DNA of 62,752 nucleotides, counting the filler, from Basidiobolus ranarum (taxonomy: Eukaryota), in NCBI GenBank assembly GCA_040143965.1. It is 24 parts of 24 records of this genome, joined end to end, with 100 filler letters (N's around TTAATTAATTAA, not from the genome) between each part and the next. Parts side by side here need not be neighbours in the genome. Positions count along the whole stretch, not along the records: positions 23,634 to 26,154 come from JASJQH010003244.1; positions 26,255 to 28,774 come from JASJQH010003245.1; positions 28,875 to 31,393 come from JASJQH010003246.1; positions 31,494 to 34,010 come from JASJQH010003247.1; positions 34,111 to 36,626 come from JASJQH010003248.1; positions 36,727 to 39,241 come from JASJQH010003249.1; 18 more parts are not named here. One strand, 5' to 3'. The translations under genes and the position numbers were made by a program. This document shows positions 24,037 through 37,374 of this stretch, piece by piece. The stretch's first letter is position 1. Each line of letters opens with the position of its first letter. The notes under the pieces are model-generated. The model had not been told where the DNA came from and did no database searches. It was given only the letters and a program-made list of their open reading frames with translations.

Positions 24037-26154
24037 CTCTAACAAAAATAAAATCAATTTGATCCGGATTGGATCCACCTTCCAAAATAGCAAAACCATC
24101 AGAGAACCAACACAATATTAGTGGCATGCATTTTGCCAGGGATTTTGATGGTGTGATGACAGTTTCTTGACAGTAATTTGATAGTTTTCATACATGTTAA
24201 AATTTTGATGCTCAAATTTGGCATGTGTTATTCAATATCTGGCAATTGTTGCAAAATCTAATTTTCAAATGCCAAGTTACTGGGCTTACTGCTATAGGAA
24301 TTTGAACTAATATGCAAGCTTTTATTCAGATATTTTAGGCTTTGTATTCCAGCCATGCTGAGGATCAAGAAATACAAGAATCTTGTTGAGTTTAGTCTCT
24401 ATATATGCACATACTTGACTCTTTAGACAAAGCTCAACAACATCAATATGCTTTACCAGCAAATAATGGTGGAAAATTGCTAAATATCTGAAATTTTGAA
24501 TAGCACTGACACTTGGCAAATAGCTGACTCTTGTTACCATCTAAAATGAGAATAAGCTCTTGGATTTTGGCAAATTTCTTAAAGAATTTGGCCAATACAT
24601 ACATAACTCACAATCAACAAATGTCCTGTCAGAAGTAGATGTATCATTGCTTGAATAGATTACCCATGGCTAAAATGATAATACTGTGTATCTTGATCTA
24701 TCTCACCAGATGTCTGTCTTGCAGCATTCCTAAAAACACCTTCAGATTATCAAACAAGCAAATTAGTCCAAATCATAAAGGTACTTACTCTTTGTCCATG
24801 GTTTGGGCTTTGTTGCTGTATTGTGCTCAAACAATGCAAAAACCCATGGGCACATTGAAAAGAGCCCTTTGTTGGAAGGTTAATAGACTCTGGAGCTTCC
24901 TTAACCCATTGGATTACATCCATCACCAATTTTGCTGATACATTGTTAGTCAGATTTGCATGCAGTAATACTGACAATTTCATACACAGCATTGTTTCAC
25001 TGCAGGTACACTACATTGGGAACTCCCTGAATGTATTGCAAGGGCCTATAATCTTAAGCATTGTGAAGGATGCAGCAGGCAATGCATTGAATACCAGCAT
25101 ATGTTCAGTCTATCATCTTTAAACCTTTATTAAAGTTTTTCATGTCCAATTACAAAATCTTTGCAGAGTTGCTGTATCTGCCTGAGATCTGCCAATATGA
25201 GTTGCTGCCATAGGGCCAGCAAACCAAAAGGCTCTGAATTGCAGAGCCACCATCACTTGCTCTGAGGATGAATGGTTTCACATTTTGGAAACTCTGCAGA
25301 AACTTGCCTAAAATTACCTGGATTTGAGCCAATTGTGGAAAAACCAAATACCTGGTGTTACTCTGAAGGTTCTTAACTTATTTCATGTGGCTTATTGTGG
25401 GTTTTTGCAAGCAAATGGCAATTGGGCTGGTATAGGCTTATTCATGAAACATCTCCAAAATGTACGCAATTATCAACTTGGAAAAGAAAGAAGAGCAGCT
25501 AAAGAAGTACTCAAGGAGCAGGAAGTTAGTAAACCCAAGGGAAAAGCAAAATAGCCAGTGTGTTTAAGCTCTACTGTCCCACTTACCAAATTCTCCCCAC
25601 TATTACAAAGATCTGCATTTCCAGAGTAAGATATACTGGCAAAAAAGCTTAATTTCACCATGGAACTGGGTACATCAGTTGGAAGAGTGCTAAATTTGGA
25701 AGTTTATCCACACCCAGCACCTCTCAACAAGCCAAAACACAGTAAATGTAACTCATGGCTTTCCAACCTCAACTGGTACTTTTCAAATTGTTGAAATTGG
25801 CTCCAAACTTAAAGGCAAGCAAAAAGCCACATAAACACCACAAAGCACCCTCAGTAGTGCCACACTACAAGGATGTACAAAAATAGTTGAAGTGCTTGAG
25901 GAGTACTTACAATAGTAAGAAGGGAAAAATGCAGTGCAAGCATGCAGAAAGTGGCTTCAGAAGATGAACATTCACCTTGACATTCAGCCTGGTGTTGACC
26001 ATGCAGATATCTGGCAAGAACCTAATTCAGAGTAGCACAAGATCCCAGGGTATCCACCAGATAGCTGGTAGAATGTTGATTCAGCAACATTAATAGAATG
26101 GTGGGCTTCAATGGAGATATTGAGACAAGCTTGTGTTGGGTATGAGCTAAACCT
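24037..26154. mobile_element. Internally deleted CMC copy: end B, tnp2 3' half (minus, to about 25205), ORF2 (plus, from about 25215)
   Basis: TIR-like CTCTAACAAAAAT at 24037; 24480-25205 is the reverse complement of 22630-23340; 25790-26154 matches ORF2 at 8100-8470. Confidence 0.85.
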
Positions 26155-26254
26155 NNNNNNNNNNNNNNNNNNNNNNNNNNNNNNNNNNNNNNNNNNNNTT
26201 AATTAATTAANNNNNNNNNNNNNNNNNNNNNNNNNNNNNNNNNNNNNNNNNNNN

Positions 26255-26397
26255 CAAAATACCATCAAGAAGCCACCATCTCACCATCAAAATCCCTAGC
26301 AGAATGCAAGCCACCAGTATTGTGATGGTTCTCTGGTAGTTTTGCAATCCAGAAGGGTGGATCCAATCCAGATCAAAGCAATTTTTTTTTGTTAGGG
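26255..26397 (+). mobile_element. CMC element end B
   Basis: Ends TTTTGTTAGGG; reverse complement of 7157-7290. Confidence 0.8.
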
Positions 26398-27470
26398 GAT
26401 ATGGAACCAAAAGTCTCAGTAGATACTGAAATATGAAACATATTCTTTACTGTAGTGCAGTTGGAGATCTCACAGATGCCGCAACTGGTACTAGGCCTGA
26501 TATTGCTACAGCTGAAAGCACAGTAAGCAAATATATGAAAAATCCTGCAATGCAACATTGGATTGCTGTGAAACAGATAATATGCAATCAGAATGGAACA
26601 GACTTTATGGAATTCAATTTAATAAACAGTATGACATTACTAACATTATGGAAGGATATGCTGATGCAGACTGGGCTAATGATACTGAAGACTGTAAGTC
26701 CAGAACTAGATTTATGTTTAAGCTAGCTGGTGGACCAATATGCTGGATTAGTAAGACACAACAAATTGTTGCATCATCTACTACCAAAGTACAATGTATG
26801 GCAAGATTTATATCTGTTCAAGAAGCTATATAGCTAATAAGTCTTCTCAAGTAAATAGGATATGCTCAAGTTAATCCTACCTCAGTATATTACTACAACA
26901 TTTGTTGGATTCAGATTGATAAAAATCCTGAGCATCACTCAAGGTTGAAACATATTGACATAAGACATCATTTTATATGGGAGAAAGCTCAAGACAAAGA
27001 AGTTAATTATATTTATTGTAATATTGACAACATGCTTGCAGATATAATAACAAAACCACTCAAAACTACAAGTTTTGAAAAGTTAAGAGTAAGTATAGGT
27101 ATAGGTATATATAAGCATAATGCTGAATAAAAAGCAGGGGAGGAGTTGGATAATTAATCCTTATTCAATATCTTGGTTCACTGTAGTTGGGAAACATATA
27201 TCAGAAACATAATGCAACATATCTATAGCCCTATATTCAAATTAGGCATATCTCTATATATTTATAATAAGTTTATCTTGTTATCCACACTTAAGTATTA
27301 TATCTCATTACACAGACTTCCAAATATCTCTAACCATTGATTTACTTTTCCACAATATAAGTCTCCATATTCTCTTAAGAATAAAGTAACTAAAACACTA
27401 TGATAAGGTAAATCATAATGTTGCCTGTAATATACAAAGTCTATGCCCACTATGTCAAGATCTTCCAACA
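26398..27470 (+). mobile_element. Copia family C 3' end: RT tail, RNase H, PPT, LTR (27144-27470)
   Basis: TRPDIA, GYADADWA, KHIDIRHHFI, MLADIITKPL; PPT aaagcaggggagg; LTR termini gttgga..tccaaca. Confidence 0.9.
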
Positions 27471-28080
27471 GCTGAAGTGACAAAAGGAGACTTCATTGTA
27501 TTTCTTGACTCCTATTATAGCTGGTATGTGAATGCTGGCAATAACAAATATTGTGAATGCTATATATATTAACATCAAAAACATACATACTGAAGATAAA
27601 TATTTTATTACTAGAAAGAGGTGGAATGCAAACTAAGGATGGTGTAGATAGGATTGGATTGCGTTTGCTAAATTTCTTGCATCAAATACCTCATGAGTCC
27701 CATCATAAAACCCTTTGTTAATTGATGTAAATGCAGGCAAAATCTAAGTTTCTGGTATTTGAAAGGTCTTGGATGATATACTATCAAACTTATATGTACA
27801 AAATCTGAGTCTTCCAAGAATTAAATTTCATAAGGGAGACCTGGTATCTATAGCCTTAATATTCTACTCAGAGTATATCTGTATATATATATATATCTTG
27901 TATGTCTTATTACTCCCACTTAACTGATATATATTATGACAAGTACTTCTGAATTAATTAATTAATGTATTTGAAGTTTAAATTAGCTAAATGCAGAAAT
28001 ATTGCATCTATTAATATCATACTTTGCAATGTCAAAGTATCTGGGAGCCTATTGGAAGTGGTTTGGACAATCAGAGAAAT

Positions 28081-28774
28081 TGTCACAATAGGAACTGGAC
28101 AAGGACTGGAAACAACAACAAGAGACTAGAAGGCAGGAGAGTACTTAGGTGTTGACCACAAGACAAGACTGGACAGGAAAGATACTTTGGCAAGAATCTT
28201 TATTGATAACTGGTATTGATCAGACCTCAGTCTGATCAAGGAATACATGGAACTTATATAGATATTGCAAGGTGAAACATAACATACTGAATTGGGAATA
28301 TACTGTGGCAAGTTCAAGTGTCAGGGTGTTAGGGACTATAAGGACCAACACCAATAGGGATGATGTAAGGATGATGTAAAGATGATCACATGACCTTCCA
28401 TGGAAGGTCTTGGTGGAAATGCACTATGTGAGATGACATGATTGGTTAGGTTTTATGGAACGTTCCAAAGAACACAACTTCAATACAAGGTTACCTTGAT
28501 GAACTAATACAAGATTGCCAAGCAGGGATGGCACAGCAGATATGATGTCAAAATCTAATAATAGAAGAGTTCTATTTGCAGAGGATCAGTATGCTGAGAT
28601 AGGAATCATGACATTATCCCCTTCTTTAGTGATGGCTTTCAAAAATCATAGGGCCAGGTTTTTCTGGTCAGGCTTCATGAAACTCCTGGCAAAGTTCCTT
28701 AGAATTGGAAAGATTTGTTGCTGGCTCCCATGATTAATCATTTGTTGAGTATCCCTTCCAGTCCACTAAATATT
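28081..28774 (-). mobile_element. Chromovirus 3' end: chromodomain, PPT, complete LTR (28081-28613)
   Basis: YLVDWKGY..SWEPATNL..EFH..PEKP; PPT GAAGGGGATAA; LTR TGTCATG..GTGACA. Confidence 0.88.
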
Positions 28775-28874
28775 NNNNNNNNNNNNNNNNNNNNNNNNNN
28801 NNNNNNNNNNNNNNNNNNTTAATTAATTAANNNNNNNNNNNNNNNNNNNNNNNNNNNNNNNNNNNNNNNNNNNN

Positions 28875-29778
28875 ATGGAAGGTTTATCTAACACCTGGCA
28901 CATTTCAACAAGGCAACAAAACAGCAAGTAAAATTCATGGCTCTCCAACCGCAACTGGTACTTTCCAAAGTGCTTCAATTAGCCCCAAAGTTAAAAGCAA
29001 GCAAAAAGTGACACAAACACTGCATAGCACCCTCAGTAGTGTCACACTACAATGATGTATGAAAATAGTCAAACTGCTTGTGGAGTTTTTCAAAAGTTTG
29101 AAGGGAAAGACACAGTGCAAGTATGCAGAAAGTGGCTTCAGAAGAAGAACATTCAACTTGACATTCAGTCTGGTGTTGACTATGCAGATATCTGGGAAGA
29201 ACGTAATACAGTGTGGCACAATATTGCAAGATATCTGCCAGATAGCTGGAAGAATGTTAATTCAGCAATATTAATACTATGGTGGGCTTTGATGGAGATT
29301 TTGATACAAACTTGTATTAGATATGAGCTAAAACTTGGGTATGAAGAACTCTATAAATGTATTTAGGAGTATATATCAAAGAAACTAGGAATTTTGAAGG
29401 TGACAAATTAGCTTTCAAGTGGTAATTGTGTAAAATTTGAGTTACGTTTTTTGTACATGTGTTGATCCATAGTTCTTCAAGTTTGCAGCCAATCATGGGC
29501 AACTATCTTGCAAGAACTTGATAAACTAGCATTCAAGTGGTGAATGTGCAAAATATAGGTATGTGTTTCACAAATACATTGATCCATAGTTCTCTGACAT
29601 TGTAGCCAATCATATGCAACTATTTTGCAATATCTTGAAATTTCACTCCTGAAACTGAAAAATTGATTAAAATCAAATCTTACTTGAACAATTATGATGG
29701 TATGTACATGGTCAATCCCAAATGGATCAAGATTATTATGGTTTTCCTATGATTACAATCCTCAAATTTCTGTTAGGG
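28875..29778 (+). mobile_element. CMC end A with ORF2 C-terminus
   Basis: ORF 29052-29366 is homologous to 8208-8546; ends ATTTCTGTTAGGG at 29778. Confidence 0.85.
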
Positions 29779-30319
29779 ATTCCCCCTCACTAAGGATAGG
29801 AAGGCTTGCCAGAGTCTCTCTTCTGAATGTAAAAATAATTGGTCAAGTCAGTTTTATAGTTACTAAAGCTGGTCTGAAATTTATTAGGGGAGAAAATCCT
29901 GTACTTATACTTAATCTGATAGATCAGATGAGTAATGACTTGTCTAGTAGTTACTAAAATAATTACCAAATCAGGATCTAGCTACCTCACAATTGGGTGG
30001 CATAGCAATTGATAATACATATTTGGATGTCATTGTCAACTTGATCATTTGATTTACTAAAAGTGAAGATATAAGCTTGTGTAACCTTTGGTAAAGTATG
30101 GTCATAAGACTATAATGTGGCATACTTTGACTTGGTAATAGTACATCAATTGACTGCTAACTAATACTGATGGATTTATATGTACCTGTTTATACTAATA
30201 ATATTGATCTGGGTAATAATATTGATCTGGGGATAATAATGATATATAGATAATACTGAATATTGCATGACTTTACCAATATGTAGGCTAATATGATTAG
30301 TAAATCATACCCTCACTCA

Positions 30320-30700
30320 GGATGAGAAGACTCTCCTGAGTCTTTCTTCTTGTGGTACCAATACTTGGTAAGTGATTCATCTTCTTGAAGTCTGGCAACT
30401 TTGAGTTTGTCCCAATGGACTGAGTATTATTTGATGACTCCTTATTTATCCACTAGCTGATAAGTCTGGAATGGTCATTTTGTGAAAACTTTAAAGGTCT
30501 GGTCCAACAAGGTTCAAGCTTCTTCCATATGATATTTCTTAACAGCACAAATGCTCCTTCAGCAATAGGTTGTGAGCTTATACCATTGTCAAAATAAGCC
30601 TTCATTTCTGAGGCACCAGCTTCAACTCTGGCTTTTGTTGCATTTCTTTCCTGAGTAACTTCTACTTTGCTGTGGTTTGGCTCAGTTGATCTTCCAAGAG
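30320..30700 (-). mobile_element. Gypsy integrase C-terminal remnant
   Basis: MKAYFD..EGAFVLLR..KKLEPCWTRP..HWDKLK. Confidence 0.65.
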
Positions 30701-30789
30701 ATTGGCATACTTCAGAGAAGTATGATGTGTCTTCATTGTAGCTTTTGCTATACAGGCCATGACAAGCAATGAAGCTGCAATATTGCAAT

Positions 30790-31393
30790 AAATGCAGCAT
30801 TTGGAAGCAATTAATCTTCAGTTAGAGAGTTACTCAACAATGATACAAAACCTTCAGAACACTATACTTGAGCTACAGCAACATGCTGCTCCTTCAGTCC
30901 AATCTCATATGGGATTTCAATCAAGATCACACCATGCATGTGAAAATCACTGTGACAATCTAGCAGAGCAGAATATGTGACAGACCATTAAGTCTCTGCA
31001 ACAACCCAAAATTGCTTGGGCACATGAAAGTAGAAATTTCAAATGAAAACTGGCAAACCCAAAGACTTTGAACATCAGAGCTGCTGTCACTTGCTCTGAT
31101 GATGAGTGGTTTAATATTTTTGTAACTGTGTTGAATCCTGCCAAAAATCATCTTGATTTGTGCCAATTATGGAAAAACTAATGACCAGGCATTAATCTGA
31201 AGGTTCTTGGTTTATATCATATGGCTTATCCTAGATTCATGGCTCTCCAACCTCAACTGGTACTTTTCAAAGTGTTTCAATTAACCCCAAGGTTAAAAGC
31301 AAGCAAAAAGTGACACAAACACTGCGAAGCACCCTCAGTAGTGTCACACTACAAGGATGTATGAAAATAGTCAAAGTACTTGAGGAGTATTTT
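30790..31393 (+). mobile_element. CMC ORF2 fragments
   Basis: 31050-31230 matches 25215-25395; 31235-31393 matches 28935-29090. Confidence 0.75.
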
Positions 31394-31493
31394 NNNNNNN
31401 NNNNNNNNNNNNNNNNNNNNNNNNNNNNNNNNNNNNNTTAATTAATTAANNNNNNNNNNNNNNNNNNNNNNNNNNNNNNNNNNNNNNNNNNNN

Positions 31494-31513
31494 ACCGACT
31501 GAGCTATTCGGGC
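31494..31513 (-). tRNA. 5' 20 nt of a tRNA gene (probably Lys), cut by the contig edge
   Basis: GCCCGAATAGCTCAGTCGGT is a typical tRNA-Lys start with A box; anticodon not present. Confidence 0.55.
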
Positions 31514-33650
31514 AGCTCCTTAGATGAAGTTTTGAGCAGATAATTATTATAGCGAAAATTATTTCTATTGGTCAATCAATCGATACTCATGTTCGATAAT
31601 TGCTTCAGAATATATAGCCAAGTATCATGAGAATCCACACAGTTTGAGGTATCATATATGTAGAGAGTGTTGAAATATTAAAATTAAGCCGCCATCCATT
31701 CATAAATCTTGTTTAGTGTAGCTGATATTTATTTAGTTAATATTTCATGTCGTTATCGTCATACATTCTTTGGGTATATCTGACAAAACTCACAAATGTT
31801 CAGAATAGATAGCAATTTTCGAACGCGTCGGAAACTCTCCTAACACTAATGGTAACTTTTGGAATGCCCTAGGAGCACATTCCAGCTGTTAGATATTTCT
31901 TTTAATTATCCTATAGACTTCCAATTCATCCCAAATACTCGGAGCTTTGAGTAGCTTGAAAGTGATTACTATGGTATTATCTTAGTGCTTCTACTAGTAC
32001 TCTAGAGCATCATTAGAGGTGATGTCGTTTAAGATTGTGTATTCTCTTATTTTATTTTTCTATCACCAATTTAACTCTAATGTTACTTTGTGGACATTGA
32101 ACTAGCTTAAACTATGAAAAGGATTTTGTGGACTGAACTATTTCATGTTAAAATTTTGAAATTAGCATTACAAACTGCTATGTTAATATCTGCAGTTTTT
32201 CTTACTCAATATAGTGTGAAGCTAGTATGATGCATTATATGGTTCACCTTATAGCGTTTCACTTTGACTTGCAATGTTTAGGCAATGTGGTGTGGATTAC
32301 CCTTTTGAGACAATGTATGTTCTCATCACTCTATTAGAGTACCTAGTAACATCACAGTATTATAGCAATGAGTAAAATCTCTCCTTTCTGTGACATCAGT
32401 GTTGACTCATTATTTTAACTTTTAATGCTAATGACTATCAGTAAATCAAGTGTTGAATACTTGAGATCAAATATAATATAGGACAAATCTATGTCGCAAT
32501 GATATGATACGTGATCGCTACAAGTAACAGTATAATCAGTCTATTCTATAGGATCAACTATGCAGTAAATTTGGTTTGTTCTGGCCAAAAGAAAATGGTC
32601 TTGGCGGTCAATGGTCACATATTAGATGCACTATCTTCTACCACTCCCCTGAAAGGCCTGGCAAGTAGACCAAGACCAGTGAGATACGGAATCTTGGATG
32701 CACCAAGTAAATTAACAGTCCAGCCAATACTTTGCATGCCCAAATAGGTAATTTTCAATGATACCTCAATAAGGAATAATTCTTCATTTATGCCTAGACA
32801 TCTACCCAAAAGAGTACGGATAGTAGTTTGTATATGGCGGTTTCTAGGAATTAGCATGTTTCATTAAAATCAAGTTCAAGGTATATGAGATACCAGGGGA
32901 GACTAGAACTCGTAGAATTCATAAAATGTAGACTTTCTCTGAATTAGAGGTCCTTCTACGTCCATATACTACGCAAAAGGAGATTAATGATTCATCTACG
33001 ACTGCAAACACTGATAGGAGATATTTTTGGGTTTTGGCTATCACAGTGAGACAGGGATCATACGCCAAAAGACCCAGTATGATGCCTTTTTAGCCTTAGA
33101 TCGAAATCTGATTAACAGAGATCCTATTTATGGTAACGAGGAATAGAAGTATATCAACATTCTACTATTAGTTTATCACGATTTGGACGGCCTTTTCCTC
33201 TTTGACTCGTAATGGCTCAACAGTCTAGAGTGTCCCGTATATGGCTTACTCCATAAGGAAATGCCTTTAAGTAGAAATACTGTTCATTTCCAGATAACAC
33301 CGAATTTCTGAAAATGCTATCATTGCTGTATCAGTATTCCATCATGATTCTACTGTTATCTGGGTGACCAAAATATCGAAAATTACTCTCAAGAAAATGA
33401 TATTTAATGATGACTTGCAAATAATTGAGAAATATAGACGTTTAAAAGTCGAATAATTTATGTTATAAGATTTGGGTTTCTTGCATCCTGGACTTTCTTG
33501 TTGGTCAAGAGTGCTAATAAACATTTACAAATAGTACGTGGAAAATACAGAAGCATACAAATGATAATACTTGGCTAAGGAGGTAATTGTCGTGAAATGG
33601 TTTGATACGATCAGATGTTATTAGAGAAGGGCTTTGAGATATGGTAGAAG

Positions 33651-34010
33651 TTAAGCGCTGTTTGTGACCTTGTCAATCAAACCGTCCACCACACTTGGAT
33701 CAGACATGGTGCTAAGATCACCAAGAGAATCCGCTTCTCCAGCAACGATCTTTCTTAGTACACGTCGAATGATTTTTCCTGATCTAGTTTTGGGAAGGTC
33801 TTCCACAATATAGATCTGCTTAGGAAGAGCAAAAGGTCCAATAACTTTACGGATTTGAAGAGTAAGGGCCTTTTTAATGCCAGCCTCTTCTTGTTCCAGA
33901 TGATCTGGCTTGAGAGTGATAAAGCAACAAATGGCTTGACCTGTAAGTTCATCATTAATGCCAACAACAGCCGATTCGCTAACTGTATCATCAGTATTCA
34001 ATGCTGAATC
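33651..34010 (-). CDS. ACS: Acetyl-CoA synthetase C-terminus, 5' truncated
   Basis: [52 protein letters not shown]. Confidence 0.93.
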   Translation of the reverse strand, partial: DSALNTDDTVSESAVVGINDELTGQAICCFITLKPDHLEQEEAGIKKALTLQIRKVIGPFALPKQIYIVEDLPKTRSGKIIRRVLRKIVAGEADSLGDLSTMSDPSVVDGLIDKVTNSA

Positions 34011-35583
34011 NNNNNNNNNNNNNNNNNNNNNNNNNNNNNNNNNNNNNNNNNNNNTTAATTAATTAANNNNNNNNNNNNNNNNNNNNNNNNNNNNNNNNNN
34101 NNNNNNNNNNATGGGTAAGTCAAATAAGGATAATAAAATAGAAATTGTGCAATAGTAATGATATGAGCTTGGAGTGGAAATAAGTCAACCTGCCAGTGGG
34201 TAGCAATGCTACCCCACTACAGCATGGGGATCTTCCAGTTGAGTTTTACAAATAGTTGTAGTATAGATCTTGGCTATTTCTTCCATTGATTTCAGTATTA
34301 AGTTCTAATGAAGATAAACACTATGTGAACAGTTCAGTTGGGTCATACTCTTGAATTTGTATTTATTACTGGTAAACTTATTACTAGAGCCTTGCTTATA
34401 TCTGATATTAATAGTATTGATAAAGTCTGATGAAATAGCTAGATAAATACAAGTTGAATTAGTGATCATTACTTGACCCCTAAGTTAGATATAAAGACAA
34501 CAGCTGGAATAAATAGACATGACACTATATCTCCATATACAGTCATGTATTCAACCTTCTCTTTGCATCTGTTGTACTTGTTAACCTAACTGGAGGTGTT
34601 CCTTTGAAAGTGCTCCTTTGAATTGTTAATGCCAATACATCAATCCAGTGGGTATGGTCAAGACAAAGTAATGCCTGCTGAGCAGCTAGAAATGCCCAAA
34701 AGTAACCCTGAACTCTTCCCCCTACTTTAACAGGTGTTTCCAACTACAACCAGAAAACATGATACTTTATATGATGCTAATGCTCAGGCTCAAACAAATT
34801 CCAATGTCAAATATCAGTCTGGTCCTAGCATTGAAGTTAAAGGCAACAAAGTAAAATCTGTCATGCAATCCTCAGATTCAGGGTCAAATGAGGAGAGTAA
34901 TATCCCAAACAAACAGGATGCTATGCCACCAAATTCCAAAGAGGATATGCAAACACAACCCACCAAAGATATAGGGTCAGAAAATTATTCTCCACAGGCT
35001 TTGGAAGATAATGGCACAAATATGATACAAATTTTGCAGAAAAACCTTCACAGTTGGTAAACAATCTAGTCAGATCCCTACCTCAACAAGCTTTGTTAGA
35101 TCAAACTTGGCACAAGCAGGCCATGCTCTTGCTAATTCTAATAAACTCAATCAAGTCCAGCGTATTGATCAAACCTTGTACCAGCCATCCCAGCCTTTGC
35201 AAGAATTGTAACCAGAAAAGACACCAGAATCTCCAGACTCTGAAGGGTCTAAGTATAGTAGTTGTTGTCAAAGATGCTGCAGATATGGTCATTGCTAACG
35301 TAAAGCTCTTGGTCTACTTCTCTTAATGCTCACCTCTAATAACATATTTGATCTGCATTTCTCAATAAAAGTAAGCATTAAAAGGATTGTTTAATCTTTG
35401 GTATTCATTATATTACTATGTGGTAATTCAAACTTCTCACTTAATAAAATCAGTTCACTACTACAATATATTTTTTTACACTAACTATGTATTATCTCGG
35501 CTATTTTTGCTTACTACCATGTGTTATTCTAGATACAATATGATTGTATTCAACTTTGCTAGGTAAATACTAGGTTTGGGGGG

Positions 35584-36107
35584 TAGCAGGTTTGCTAGTT
35601 TTGAGGCACTGTAAGCTTTCCATGCACTATACTCTTGAAAACAGTCAAGATTCTCAAAGTCCATATTACCAACAAAGGAAGCAGCATTGCTACTAACTAC
35701 AACAACTTGCGGAGCAGAAGAAGCAAGAAGGGCAGGAGTCAATAATGCAGTCAGAGCAAAGTGACCCAAATTATTTGTACCAAATTGCATTTCAAATCCA
35801 TCTTTTGTCAAAGTGCAAGTGGGAATAACCATGATTCCTGCATTGTTAATAAGGAAATCAAATCTGCAAGAACTTCTTGAGAGAAATCACATATAGAGGC
35901 TAAATCAGAGAGATCAAGTTTTCCAACTTTAAAATCTCCTTCAGGTACTTGCTTGCAAAATTGAGTAAGAGCTTTGTTGGCTTTGCTGGGGTTGCGGCAG
36001 GCAAGCCATATTCTAGTGCCAACACGACCAAATTCAGATGCAGTGCAGAATCCAAGACCACTGTTGGCGCCTGTATTAATTACAGTTTTTTCTTTAAGAT
36101 TGGCCAT
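35584..36107 (-). pseudogene. Short-chain dehydrogenase (retinol dehydrogenase-like) pseudogene
   Basis: [34 protein letters not shown]; frameshift near 35860; homology ends after KLANLL. Confidence 0.88.
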
Positions 36108-36309
36108 TTTGGTAGGAGTCTACTTCAACATTTTTGGTGAAAACAGTAAAGATGTGATAGATTGGAAATGAAAGATCAAAATAAGAATATGCTTGTTTGC
36201 TTGATTTTTGGACAAAATGCATATTTGAGCACCAATATCATATCTAAAGTTTGAATACTTAGCCAAATATAGGATTGTGGCTTTTGAAAAGTGTGTTGAA
36301 AGTGGTTTA

Positions 36310-36626
36310 TGTTGAAATTAGCATTGCCTAAACATCTATATAGTCATATATAGCTTAGTACTTAGTTATCTTATAACTCACCAAGATATTATCAATTATT
36401 CTCAATTGGAATTTACTTAGAATGTTTTTACCAACTTAGAAGTTCTCAGATATATAGATTTATCAAACTTGTACTAGAAGCCCCAAACTTTGCACACATG
36501 TTCCTGGGACCTTCTTTAACATATTCTACATGTTAGTTTGTTTACATCTTGACAAAACTATAAATGTCAACTTTCTACTCAATAAATCAATAAGTGAAAA
36601 CCATCAGTTCCTCTAATTCTCCAAAC
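36310..36626 (+). repeat. Copia family B LTR
   Basis: Starts TGTTGAAATT; reverse complement of 3315-3628 and 15157-15265. Confidence 0.85.
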
Positions 36627-36726
36627 NNNNNNNNNNNNNNNNNNNNNNNNNNNNNNNNNNNNNNNNNNNNTTAATTAATTAANNNNNNNNNNNNNNNNNN
36701 NNNNNNNNNNNNNNNNNNNNNNNNNN

Positions 36727-37124
36727 CAGTGTTCAGCCTGCAATTCCCTTGTCATAATAATTCTATCCAAATTTTCTACACAGGGTTGTTCAATAGTGGG
36801 CAAAGTAGCCATTTTGGAAGTTGATGGTCTTGACAGTGTTTTGGTTGAGCTTTGCTGAACTATTGATTTACTAAGTAATTGAGGGATTACAATCTCTTCC
36901 CCTTCACTATTGCTGGAAAGAAACACATCTGGTAAATTGATTAATGTTTCATCATTACTTGAGTTAGTTTATGGTATGTTAATGCCTTCCAAAGTGAAAA
37001 GTGGATTGCTAGACTGCTCATCAACTAAGTCCTCTGTTCTTGCTGCTTTTTTTCCTTTCACAAAAGCAGGCTTTGGCTTGGAAGCTGATTTTGATTTAGA
37101 TTTTGAATGCTTTTTGAATGGCAT
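36727..37124 (-). mobile_element. Probable ORF2 N-terminus of the CMC element (Lys/Ser-rich)
   Basis: MPFKKHSKSKSKSASKPKP.. with one in-frame stop; starts 250 bp from and divergent to tnp2; CpG-depleted. Confidence 0.5.
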
Positions 37125-37374
37125 TGAAATTTTCAGATAGTAAACCTGCTGTAATGAAATTGCTTACAAACAGCTTATAATAAACCAAAATTGCCCTCCA
37201 TTATTAAAAATATCCTGTAAATCCCCTGATGACTCTTCTGTGACACTGTCTCAGATTCAGCTGATGATATTGATGGGGTCTACCTAAAATACCACCTTTA
37301 CTTAGGAGGTGCTCCTTTTTCCCCAGTATCCTTCTTGTGCCACAACACAAGCATTTAAAGAAGCCTTGCTATTA

